Part shown: in pieces, positions 1 through 10,352 of the stretch | Layout of the letters: each line of letters begins with the position of its first letter | How positions within the stretch are numbered: the stretch's first letter is position 1 | NCBI GenBank assembly: GCA_029717555.1 | Contig: JAMDHS010000006.1 | Coordinates: forward strand, 310,001 to 374,000 | Source of the DNA: Peribolospora baueri | Lineage: Eukaryota | Direction: 5' to 3' | Length of the DNA stretch: 64,000 nucleotides | The notes under the pieces: model-generated | Told to the model about the DNA's origin: nothing | Database searches by the model: none | The model's input: only the letters and a program-made list of their open reading frames with translations | Program-made: the position numbers and the translations under genes

Positions 1-1017
1 CGAACAGGGTCGAGCGGGGCCACGCACGGGAAAGGACGATCGATTAGCTTGGGAATGCGGGTAAGCGGTGGCTACTACAACTGCAGATGAGGCCCATGAC
101 GAGGAGCGAGGCGATGGCGGGATATGAGACAGACCAACGGCGGACGGCGGACGGTTCGCGACGGGTTATGCGAGTGGAAACGGACCGAACGGTGACGAGC
201 GGAAATGCGGTCGCCGAGCGCCACTATGTGACCACCTAATCACAGTGATTACTTACTCGATCAGCATGTAAGCAAGGCTGAATGAGACGTCCTCCCAGTC
301 GCTGCCAGCGAGCGGGCGAGACACGACGCCGGGGCTAACGAGACCAGCGGCGGGGCACGGTCGCGTGCGTAGGTTGGGTGGCGCCGCGTCGGCCATCGAC
401 CCCACCCGCGGCGGTGAGACCGTGGAACGGCCCAGAGCGCCACGGAGAGCGACTGGGGCAAGACGGAGGGGATAAGGGCGGAAAGCAAGGCGAGCTGGGA
501 CGGAGAGGTTGAGATGAGGTTGGTGAGGTTAGGCGGACCTGCCCATCTCGGCGTCGTTCCCACGGGCGCAGCTCATTCAGCCCGACTGCGGCAAGGCACG
601 GATGCAGCGGCGGGGCGAGCGAGGGTCGCACAAGGAAGGGCCAGGGACTTAACCGGGTTAATAAGATAGCAAGCAGGACGAGTGGCAGCAAAATTAAGGA
701 GAGTAATGGCGAGCGAAGGAAGGAGGGGTGTTCGAAATCAAGGCTCTAGTAGTACAACTCAAAACGCGCCCGGCCAAGCGTTCCACCTCATGAACGCTGA
801 TCGGGTCAGCCAGCCGAGTCTGAAAGCGAAAAAAAAGGTCTCGCCTCGCCTTGCCTAGACCGGGTCGCCGGCGTGGAAAGGCGGTGCGACAGACGGCTTG
901 GCGACAGGCAATCAAAGACGCCTGATGATGATCCGTGCGCGAGCGGCCACGGGCGTTATCCGACCTGGTACCGGCCCTTCCGTCCGTCCGACCGCACCGC
1001 ACCGTCGTATCGTGCCT

Positions 1018-1078
1018 GACGGACGGACGGACGGATGGACGGACGGACGGATGGACGGACGGACGGATGGACGGACGC
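1018..1078. repeat. (GGAC)n microsatellite with periodic GGAT interruptions (16-bp higher-order unit)
   Basis: Read directly: gacggacggacggacggatggacggacggacggatggacggacggacggatggacggacg. A (GGAA)/(GAAA) run follows at about 1144-1173. Confidence 0.9.
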
Positions 1079-1550
1079 ACGTGCACGTTCCCGCACCCAA
1101 CCAAGTCTCTCCAAGTCAAACTCGGTGGAGAACAAAAAAAAAAGGAAGGAAGGAAGGAAAGAAAGAAAGAAAGAGACCACCTGTCGCACACACCTCGACA
1201 CGTCGAAGCGACTTGCGTGCGCGTCACTTCGTCTCCTCACGTCATCCACCGGCGTTGAAGCGACCGCCGCGGAACTTGATCGATCGAGTGCTGGCCGGTC
1301 CGGCGTGCGGAATAGATGGGAATTCACCGGTGGATATGTAGCGACGAGGCTGTGGACATATGTATGTATGTACATCCATGGCATGTAAAAAGTAAGTGGG
1401 CCGATCCGAACGTGCACGCCGCCCCCGCAAGCCTTTCCAAACAATATTCCTCCGATCATACGCGGGCCCTCCACACTGGCTCCTCGAACGGGCGGCCAAG
1501 TATGTCCCCCTCCCCTTCCGCCCCTCTTCGAAACATGTCATCTCGCTCGG

Positions 1551-4500
1551 TCAGGCCGGCAACAGGTCGGCGGGGAAGCCGTTGAAATCGGCCTGTTCTT
1601 GCACCGGCCCTGAAGACGCGGTGCTAAAAGCGATGCGCAAGCGGAGGCGGATACGGCTCTGAAACGACGACGACGACGAGAGAAATGAGAGGGACATGAT
1701 CAGGATAAGGTCAGCGACGGCGCGTGCAGCCTGTCCGAAAGCTAACGCTGAACCATGCTCCACGGCGTGATCACTCACTCCTGCCGGGGCCATGACTCTC
1801 ATCTGTTGACTCTCCGTTGCTCCTACCGAGACTGTGGGGTTGGAAATGGCCAGCATCTGCAACTTTTGACTCTGTCCAATGGGACGACCGGCCAACGACG
1901 GGGCGAGAACAGAGGTTGGCATCAGTCTGTCAATGATCATACGATACGGGCTTGGCGGCCAACCGAACATCCTTTTTCCAGTCACAGCCGCAGCACCGAC
2001 GCTCACCTTCGGCACAGCAGCCTGGAGCTGCACATTTTCCACGCTCTCTACCCCCGTAGCGGTGAAAGAAGCCAAGATGTTAGCAATGGTCGGCCTGCTC
2101 GGGTCGACATTGGGCGTAAAGGTGATCTTGAGGCCCTTGTCATCGTACGCCGTGTACGACTGTCCTGCCGGTCGCGCTGGCGCTGGCACGGACGCTGGCA
2201 CAGTGGGCGGAGGAGGAGCAGGGGTGGAAGAGGAAGGCAAGGTGCCGGAGGTTGGGAAGAGGGGGAAGGCCGTCGAAGAAGCAGCAGCAGCCGTCGGTGG
2301 CGAGGATGCGCCCGACAAGCCTGCGAGGTCGCCGAACACACCTCCCGCCGCCGGAGTGGCGGGGGCGCTCGGTCCCACGCCACCGCCGCTCGCACCGCCG
2401 TTGCCGAAGAGACTCAAGATGTCGTTCACGCTCGCCTTGCCTTGTGGAGCGCCAGACGCGGACGCCGTCATGCCGCCGCCGCCGGCCGCCGCTTCTGCGC
2501 TACCATTTCCAGCGCCGAAGATGTCGGCAAGCAAGTCTTGAGTGTTCTGAGCCGCCGCTGCGCCGCCATTGGCAGCAACCGGACTGGCAGGCGTCGTTTC
2601 ATCGCCCATGAGGTCGAGCAGGGCCTGACGGGAGCGCATCGACGCAAACCGCAACCAACCGGTGAGCGTCGGTCAGGCGGGGTGGAAATGACAACAAAAA
2701 CCGAAGACTCACATCCTTGTCCGTCCTCGTGCTGCCCACGCTCCTCTTCTCGCTCACCGTACCCACCACCGTCGTCCTGATCTCTGGCGGAGGCATCTTC
2801 TCCAACACCCCGTCCCTCAGACTGGTAGCAGCCTCGAACAGGCTCCCAAATTCGACCGCCCGTTGCTGGATCTCCACCTCCACGCTGTCCTCGTACGACC
2901 GGAGCATCTCTCGAACGCGCGATTGCGAGGGTGAGGAGGCGTCGATGCGCGTGGAGAGCTTGACGAGCGCCGTGAGCACGTACTGTCGGATGAGAGTGTT
3001 GGTGTAGGGAGACTGAACGACCGAGGAGATCAAGTCGAGCAAGTCCGTGTCCTTGAGCTGGAGAAAGGCGGGCGGAGGACGAGGCGAAGATATGGGTTAA
3101 AAGCTTTCATTCCTGCGAACAGGCAAAGAGGCAGAAAACGCACCTCAACGGGAACGCCACCCTCGCCCTCAACGCCGCCTCCGTTGAGGAGCACGTCGCC
3201 GAACTCTCCGATGACCCACACGGCGGCGAGCGACAGACTTTCCTGAGAGATGTCGGCTTGCAACGCCGCATAGAGCTTATGAGCGGTGTAGGACTGGAGT
3301 TCGGGAGTGTGAGCGACGAGGCGCAGAAAAGACGCCAAGACATCTGCCGATACGTAGTTGCCAGCCTGCGAAAAACAGGGCACAGGAAAAAGAGGGCGAA
3401 AGACAGGGCACAGAAAAAAGGACGGTTGAACATCGGTCGTAAATCACCGACAGGGGAGCCAAGGCGCCAGCAAGAAGCCGGCACTTACAAGCTTGAGGGT
3501 TCGGAGCATGGTGTCAATGTGCCACCGCCGGTTCGGCGCGAACCGATCGGCAGCCAAAGCAATCTGCGTGGTCATCCCCAGTTTGAACTCGTTATCCGCC
3601 ACCTCAAGGAAGGCGAGCAGCTCGCGGGTGAGCACGCGTACGTTGCTCTCATTGATCAGCGCATAAGAGAGTTCGAGAGCGCGCCGACGGATGGAGATGT
3701 CGCCGTCGCGCAGGCAGTCGAGGATGATGTTCCGGTGGCGCTGGACCGCTTGAGTGTCGATGGCGACGACTTTGGAGAGCGTGTTCAAGGCCACATATCT
3801 AGCGAAAGGGGGGAAGACGACGTGAGGATGTGGATGAAACCTAGCGACTGCGACTGGCAGCTCACCGAATGTTGTTATCCCGATTGCCCAAAAACCTTCC
3901 CAAGATGTTGATGGCCATCACCCGCAGTCCGCTTTCGGCTTCAATCTCTAGGATGGTCAGGACGGTCTCATACAAGATGGCATTGCCCACGTTCTTGCTC
4001 GCCTCTGTGTTGGTGGCCACCTGAGCAAGCATGTCGTTCATGACTTCGGACGCTTCGACAGAGTCCTTGCCAAAGATTCGGAGGAGACGCAGGATTTTGA
4101 CCTGCAAGAACGGGTCGGTAATGCCGCTCACGTCGTGCTCCGGGGAGTAGCCGGTGGTGACGAGTGCTTTCAGGTGCCGCACGAGGAGCGGGACGGCCTT
4201 TATGAACGTTAAATGAGGCATGAGAGAGCGTTCACCGACGATACGACGACAGAGATAAGCCAACACTCGCCTTTCGGAAGCCTTCCTTGAGACTCTCGTC
4301 CGTCAAGCACATGTCAGTGACGAGCGTGACTCCGCAGAGAAGAACGCCATGGTTCTTGTCTGAAAGCAGGTTCCGAGCGCGCTCCACAAAGTTGTCAAGC
4401 AGGTCCGGAACCTTGCGAGTGATGCGCATCGCGCAAAGGGCGGCCTGCGGACACGAGAAGTGGGATCGGCACGAGGGACGGTATGGTGGGATCGGAAATG

Positions 4501-5381
4501 AGTAGGATGCGGTCAGACGTTGTTCAAGGCCGGCAAGGTAAACGCCGCATAGACCTCACCTTCCTCCGGATGTAAGAATTGGCGCTGCCCATGAGCTTCT
4601 CCACCTCGTTGCACAAATCCCTCGACATTTCCTCGCTCGAAATGTTGGCAAACGTGCACAGCGCCAGGCCGACGATGTGCATGTTGGAGTGGTTCATGTC
4701 GCTGCGACGACCGAGTCAGAAAGGCGATCGGGACCTCTGTCAGCACGAAACGGGTACAATATGGGTCGCCAAGGGCGGGAATGCGATGGTGGGCGGTGAG
4801 TGACGAGAAAAAGAAAAGCGAGGACTCACTTCTTCAGGCTGTTCGTCACAAGCGTCAACACCTCCTGGTTCTCGTCCAACAGCAGCATGATGCCCAAATA
4901 CCCCAGCCTCTTATCCGCGAACCTCGGGCTGGCGACAAGCTTGAGGCACTCGATCTGGCCAAAGTGGGCGGGGTAGCCGAGCATGTGGATGTAGAGGAGC
5001 TTGGCGACGTTGTTGTACCGCGCAAAGGCGTCCTCCTCCTTAAACGAGGTTCGGATGGAGAAGGATTCCTTTTGGATGAGAGCTCGCTCATCTGCTTGGG
5101 TCTTGCAGGAGCGAATGGCCTTGATCAAGGCTGGCGCGGACAATGGAGAGAATGGGGACGCGGTCAACAAGCGTACCAAAGGACGGTCGGTCAAGATCGG
5201 TCACCAAGCCGCAGGTAAAGGTGCCGGACAGCTCTCTTAGGCGCTCGTATCCCACCAAGCTCACTGTCCAGACTCGGATCTGCTCACCCTTGAGGTTATA
5301 GAACCCCATCTGGCCGAGGAGCGCGCCGAGGCGGGGATCCAAAGCAGCCACCTGCTGCTGTTTCTGAAAGAAGGTGGACAT
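1551..5381 (-). CDS. APL4: AP-1 complex gamma adaptin (multi-exon, about 10 introns)
   Basis: Spliced translation gives [92 protein letters not shown] and [10 protein letters not shown], then a low-complexity hinge and a gamma-ear domain (QAAVPKSQKLQM...IRLRLRIAF). ATG at 5381, TGA at 1551-1553. Confidence 0.95.
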
Positions 5382-6474
5382 GACCGAAAAGCGCGAGCAC
5401 GGGTAAGGGACGGGAGAGAGATTGGCCAAGGGTCTAGAGAGCTGAGGAAGCTGGAAGGGATGGAGGCAGAACGACAGGATAGGATGCGGCGAGCGAGGTC
5501 TGCGTCGTGGCGGCGAGAGAGCGAGTTGCTGGCGTGACGGTCAAGCTTGGCCTTGGAAGGTCAGACCGGGATAGCCGTTGGGCTCCTTGCTCCTTCGATC
5601 GCGGGGAAGAGAGAAGGAAGAAGGGTCGTGGTCGTTCGTCTGGTCCGTCATCCGTCGTCCTGATCGAACGAAGTACCCACCAGGAGCGACAGGCTGCCGC
5701 ACCGGGCCGCAGCACCCGCAGTTCGCACGCCGGGGCCCACGCGGTAATATCAACGGTCAAGGCGGGACAAGTGTGCGGCCACTTGCAAGCAAGCTCCCGT
5801 TGAACGTCTTCGTTCGCCGCTCTCGTTTGCCTTTGGCATGCCGAAAGCGGGATCCAGGCCAAGCGAACGTGTAGAGTAGGACGAGGGCGAGGTCCGCCGT
5901 TGGCTGGCTTAAAATTGGAGTGGACTTGAGCAAGGAAACGGACGGCTTGGCGACCACCTCAGTTTGCTCGTCGATCAGACCAGATTCTCTCCTCTTTCGC
6001 CCATGGCGACAGCGAAACGGAATGCGGGCGGTGAACAGAGGAGCGCTCGCTCCGTTCCATCGCATAACATGGCCCGCCAGATGCGCTTCGGAAATCGAAC
6101 GGTGGCCTTCTGCGCATGTTCAAGCTTCTTCGGCACGATATCTCTATCTCTACCAGCATGGATGGGACTCTTGAGCCAAAGTGTTTGTGATGTCGCTTGC
6201 GCGATGGCATGCGACGACGGGGCTAGCGACGAGACGAGACGAGGCGTAGAAAGCGCTGAGAATGGACGAGTGGCGGTTGTGATTACAATCATGCTGTGCA
6301 ATGAGGAATACAGAGTGGTCTTCTAGAGGGGCTTTCCGTCGGCGACGGACGGACGATCGAGGGTGCGCTCCATCATCGTCCTAAATCCTTCGATCCCCTT
6401 CCCCTTCCTCCTTCTCCTCCTCCTCCTCGTCTCCCCCGCCTGCACCTGTTTAAGGTATAGTCTGTTGCGGCAGA

Positions 6475-6874
6475 CTATACCTTAAATCCGAACGAAGCCA
6501 TACACTCGCGGTGGCGCTGTACAAGCTCGGCGCAATGCCTTCTTGACTCGGAGTCGTCGTCAATGTTGGAGCCAAACTTGAGGAAGCAGTCGTCCCGGGC
6601 TGCTTTGGTCTCGGGGCAAGCGCAGCAGCTGTGGGACGTATGGCCAAGGGCAAGGGCAAGAAAGAGGGTGGGAGGTTGGGGTGGGGTGGATGGGGTCAGT
6701 GGCGTGCGATGTCGTGTGAGCCGTCGTCGTCTCCGTTGCGACAAGGGCAGGCGTACCGGGTACTCACGGCTTGATGCCCTTCGGGTTGAGCGGGTTGACC
6801 GCCTTGGGCGACGTCTCGGGATTGGCGACCGTCGTGCTAGACGCAGGCGCAGGAAAGAGGGCGGCGGACGACAT
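6475..6874 (-). CDS. COX17: Mitochondrial copper chaperone Cox17 (2 exons; intron 6629-6767)
   Basis: Splicing gives ...[29 protein letters not shown]...HCAELVQRHRECMASFGFKV*, containing the CCxC copper site and twin CX9C motif. Exons of 107+154 nt are in frame. Confidence 0.93.
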
Positions 6875-7897
6875 GGCGGGAGGGCGATGGGAAGACAACG
6901 AGTGTACTTGTCTCGTCACTTTTCTCTCTATGGTCGCTCGACTCGGCCGCGTCGTCGTCGTCGGTCGTCGTTCTTCCGAGAGCAGCTCGGGAGCATCGTG
7001 GCCGGATGTCGCCATCGAAGGGCTGTGCTTAGTCATCCCACGTGGGCCGGGGGGAACGCTGTCATTGGGTCATCGCCGGGGTTGTCCGCCTGGGAGCGAA
7101 TGGCGACTGCGACGGGGAAATGGAAATTGAGCCTTCTATTGTTGGTTCTATTGCCGGGTGGGCGTCGGGCGTCCGGGCGTGGCACGGGCATGCGGAGGGG
7201 CGAGTTAGGGTTACGCGCGTTTCTGAGCACGCTTCCGGCGGCCAGAAGACTGGCGAGGGAGGGCCGGGGCGGCGGAGGGCGTCGGGGCGCCAGGGCGGCA
7301 TCGAAGGAGGGAGCGGGGCGGCGGCGGAGGGGACGAAGGAAGAAGAAGGAAGAAGAAGCAAGGAAAGACGGGAGAAAGAGAAAGAGAAAGAGAAGGGAAG
7401 AAAGAAAGAAGGGAATGATAGGCGGAGAAGAAGAAGAAGAAGATGAACGTCGACGCGACGGGCGAAAGAGACGCTTGATTCACCACCACTCCCACTTCCT
7501 CCTCGTCCAACCATCGCCATCGCGTAGCAAGCCAGCGAAGACCTCCATTACCGACGTCCACTCGCCTCGCCACCATCCCCACGCCCAGCCAGCCCAAGCC
7601 CCGACCACCGACAGCACAGACGAGATAGACAAGACAGACAAGACAGCTAGCCAGCCAGACAGGACCGCCAGCTGTCCACCAACTCAACACAAATAGAAAG
7701 GCCTTCTTCGCACGGCCAGACCCGACGGCCGAGAGCGAGCAGCGAGCGAGCAACGCAGGCAGTCGCAGTCGCAGCGCGAGCACGTCCCCCTCCTTTCCCC
7801 TGGGCCACACCCAGCTTCCCCTCCCCCGCTCGGACCACCGCCGTCGCTCGCCCAGCGCCCACATCCACCACCACCACCACCACCCTCGCCTGCCTCC

Positions 7898-9310
7898 ATG
7901 CGTTTGCGGCGTCCTCGTCGTCCCGCCTCCGCCTCCGCCCTCGCCCTCTCCATCCTCGCCCTCCTCGCCGCCTCCTCCCTCGCACCCGCCAGCGCCTCCC
8001 GCGGCGACGCGAGCCCGCAGTTCCAAGACTGCGTCGCGTCGTGCGAGGCCACCTCTTGCTCCGAGCACTCGCCCCTCCCTTTCGTTCTACGCCTCACCTC
8101 CTGGTCCTGTCTCGACGACTGCCAGTACCGATGCGCCCATGAGCTCACCACAGAGGCCGAGGAGCGCGTCGCCGCCCTGCGTCAGAAGTACTCCAAGGCC
8201 GCCGGCATCGGCGCCGCCGCTGCCAAGGACAAGAAGCTCCTCGACGCCGAGCTGGCCAAGCTCGATCCGGTCGAGCGCGAGACCCAGCAGTACTTTGGCA
8301 AATGGCCCTTCCTCCGCCTCTCCGGCGTCCAGGAGCCGCTGAGCGTCCTCTTCTCCCTCCTCAACCTCCAGTCCCACCTCTTCGGCTTCCACCTCCTCCG
8401 CGCCCGCCTCCCCGCTTCCTTCCCCTTCCGAAGAACGTACGCCGCCTTCGCCCTCGTCAGCATCTTCTCCTGGGCCGCCTCCGCCCTCTTCCACACCAGG
8501 GACAAGCCGTTCACCGAGAGGCTCGACTACTACGCCGCCTTTGCCTCCATCCTCTTCGCCTTCTTCCTCGCCCTTGCCCGTCTCTTCCGCCTCCCCGAGC
8601 CCGCCAGCCTGCGTGCCATCTGGTTTCGACGGACACAGCGCACCCTCCGTTCCTTGCGCTTCCTCGCCCTCCTCGCCGCCTGCTCGCTCCTCTACCTCAT
8701 CCACATCCTCTACCTCCGCCGCAGGATCCGCAACACGCGCAGGTTCGACTACACATACAACATGGCCATCTGCCTCCTCTTCGGCATGGCCCATAACGCC
8801 CTTTGGGCCGCCTACGCCATCAAGCCTTCTCTTTTTCCCGCCTCCGCCCGCACCCGCGCCCTCTCCCGCGCTCCGCTCCAACACCCTTGCCCGTCCAAAG
8901 GCCAACGGATTCGCCTCGGCGTCATTCTCGCCCTCATGGTCGGCGCCACCTCCCTCGAGCTCCTCGACTTTCCTCCTGTCTTCTACCGCTCCCTCGACGC
9001 CCACGCCCTCTGGCATGCCAGCACGGTGTACATTGCCAGGATGTGGTACTTTTGGCTCTGCAAGGATGCCGAGGAGAGCCGATGGACGGGCGACGAGACC
9101 GACGTCCCCGTCTCATCGTCCTCGTCCGTCACGGCTTCCTACGAAGTCGTCGCCCCGCCCGTCTCCGTCGTCGCCAACGGCAGGTTGGAAGCCATGGAGC
9201 TGGACGAGGAGAGCGAGCTGAGGATCCGCGTGGAGGGGCCGGACGCGAGGGTAGTCGAGAAAGAGAGGGAACTCGAGCTCGCAGAGAGGTCCAAAGCCTG
9301 GGCGTCATGA
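7898..9310 (+). CDS. PER1: GPI-anchor remodelling protein Per1/PGAP3
   Basis: Intronless 470-aa ORF with a signal peptide, a Cys-rich N-terminus (WSCLDDCQYRC), QYFGKWPF, QEPLSVLFS, FHTRD..TERLDY, LELLDFPP and DAHALWH. Confidence 0.93.
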   Translation: MRLRRPRRPASASALALSILALLAASSLAPASASRGDASPQFQDCVASCEATSCSEHSPLPFVLRLTSWSCLDDCQYRCAHELTTEAEERVAALRQKYSKAAGIGAAAAKDKKLLDAELAKLDPVERETQQYFGKWPFLRLSGVQEPLSVLFSLLNLQSHLFGFHLLRARLPASFPFRRTYAAFALVSIFSWAASALFHTRDKPFTERLDYYAAFASILFAFFLALARLFRLPEPASLRAIWFRRTQRTLRSLRFLALLAACSLLYLIHILYLRRRIRNTRRFDYTYNMAICLLFGMAHNALWAAYAIKPSLFPASARTRALSRAPLQHPCPSKGQRIRLGVILALMVGATSLELLDFPPVFYRSLDAHALWHASTVYIARMWYFWLCKDAEESRWTGDETDVPVSSSSSVTASYEVVAPPVSVVANGRLEAMELDEESELRIRVEGPDARVVEKERELELAERSKAWAS

Positions 9311-10352
9311 GCGATCCCCAAGTGTCCCGCTTTCCTCTCTCTCCCTGCATTTCTCCCCTCTCTCCCTTCGCTTCTTTCTCTTGACGGCGCCGTCAGTTTA
9401 GCTTCCTGGCAGTGGTGGAAAGTCTCGTCAAACCCCTCCCCCGTCCCGGTGCAGCATCCGGTCTCACCAGAGATGGGCGGGCATTGCGTCGCTGTTTTTT
9501 CTTTCCTTCCCGCTCTTCGTGTCCCTCGCTGTCTGTTCTCTCCCTCGCTCGTCGCAACTTCACCTTCTTCCTTCAACCTCTCTCTCGTTTCTTCGTTTAC
9601 CCCTTTCACCCGCCTACCCTCGCCATCGCCATCGTATTTCGGCCTTTGGACGCGTATTTACGTTTTAACTTACCCTTCTCCTTTCCCTTTCTCATATTTG
9701 TTCCTTACCCCGGCGGTCAGGCGTCAGGCGCCAGGATGTTGAGATGTCGCGGAGAGCAGAACTCCCTCTCTCCCTTCGCCTCAGCATCTTTGCGCTCTTT
9801 GCGCCGCCGTCCATCCTTCCATCCGTCCGTCCGTCCGTCCCTTCCTTGCTTGCTTCCTTCCTTCATTCCCTCCCACCTATCATGTTTATCGTTCGTTCGT
9901 TCGTTCGCTCATTCGTTCGTTCGTCCTTTTCCCGCATGTCTTTCTCCCCTGTCTGTCTCCTAGCCATTCCCTCGCTGATACGTGGAAACCCTGATACGGT
10001 CGCTCTCCAGCCACCTACCTACCTGCGTGCGTTGTCGACGTCGAACGAACGAAGGAAGAGCAAAGCAAAGCAAAGGGCGGTCGAGGAAGGTGGAAGGAGG
10101 CGAGGAGCGAGGACTCCCGGGAACGCGACCGCGGAGGCACACACAAACGTGGGCGCTCGTCTCGATCGAACGAACTCTCGAACAACAGACCAAGACCAAG
10201 ACAAGGTTGTGTTCTGTACATGTACATTTGCCAGAAAGGACCCAAGAGGCCCGCCAAGAAGTGGGCCCTGGACGGGCGTCGGTCTTTGCGGGGCAGGAGC
10301 AGGAGAACGAGAATGAGCTGGATCGCATCGACGGACTGCCCGCTCCGCCAGC

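Noticed and set aside
470..495. GGCGGAAAGCAAGGC as a possible SRP RNA helix 8
   Set aside because: The GAAA loop has no closing pair, and the flanking SRP motifs and Pol III terminator are missing.
505..535. GAGGTT/GGTTAGG repeats as a possible telomerase RNA template or interstitial telomere
   Set aside because: There is no full TTAGGG unit or 1.5-repeat template, and no other telomerase RNA elements were recognised.
6563..7696. 377-aa Arg/Gly-rich plus-strand ORF
   Set aside because: It runs antisense over COX17 and through purine-rich simple repeats, and its composition reflects the low-complexity DNA.
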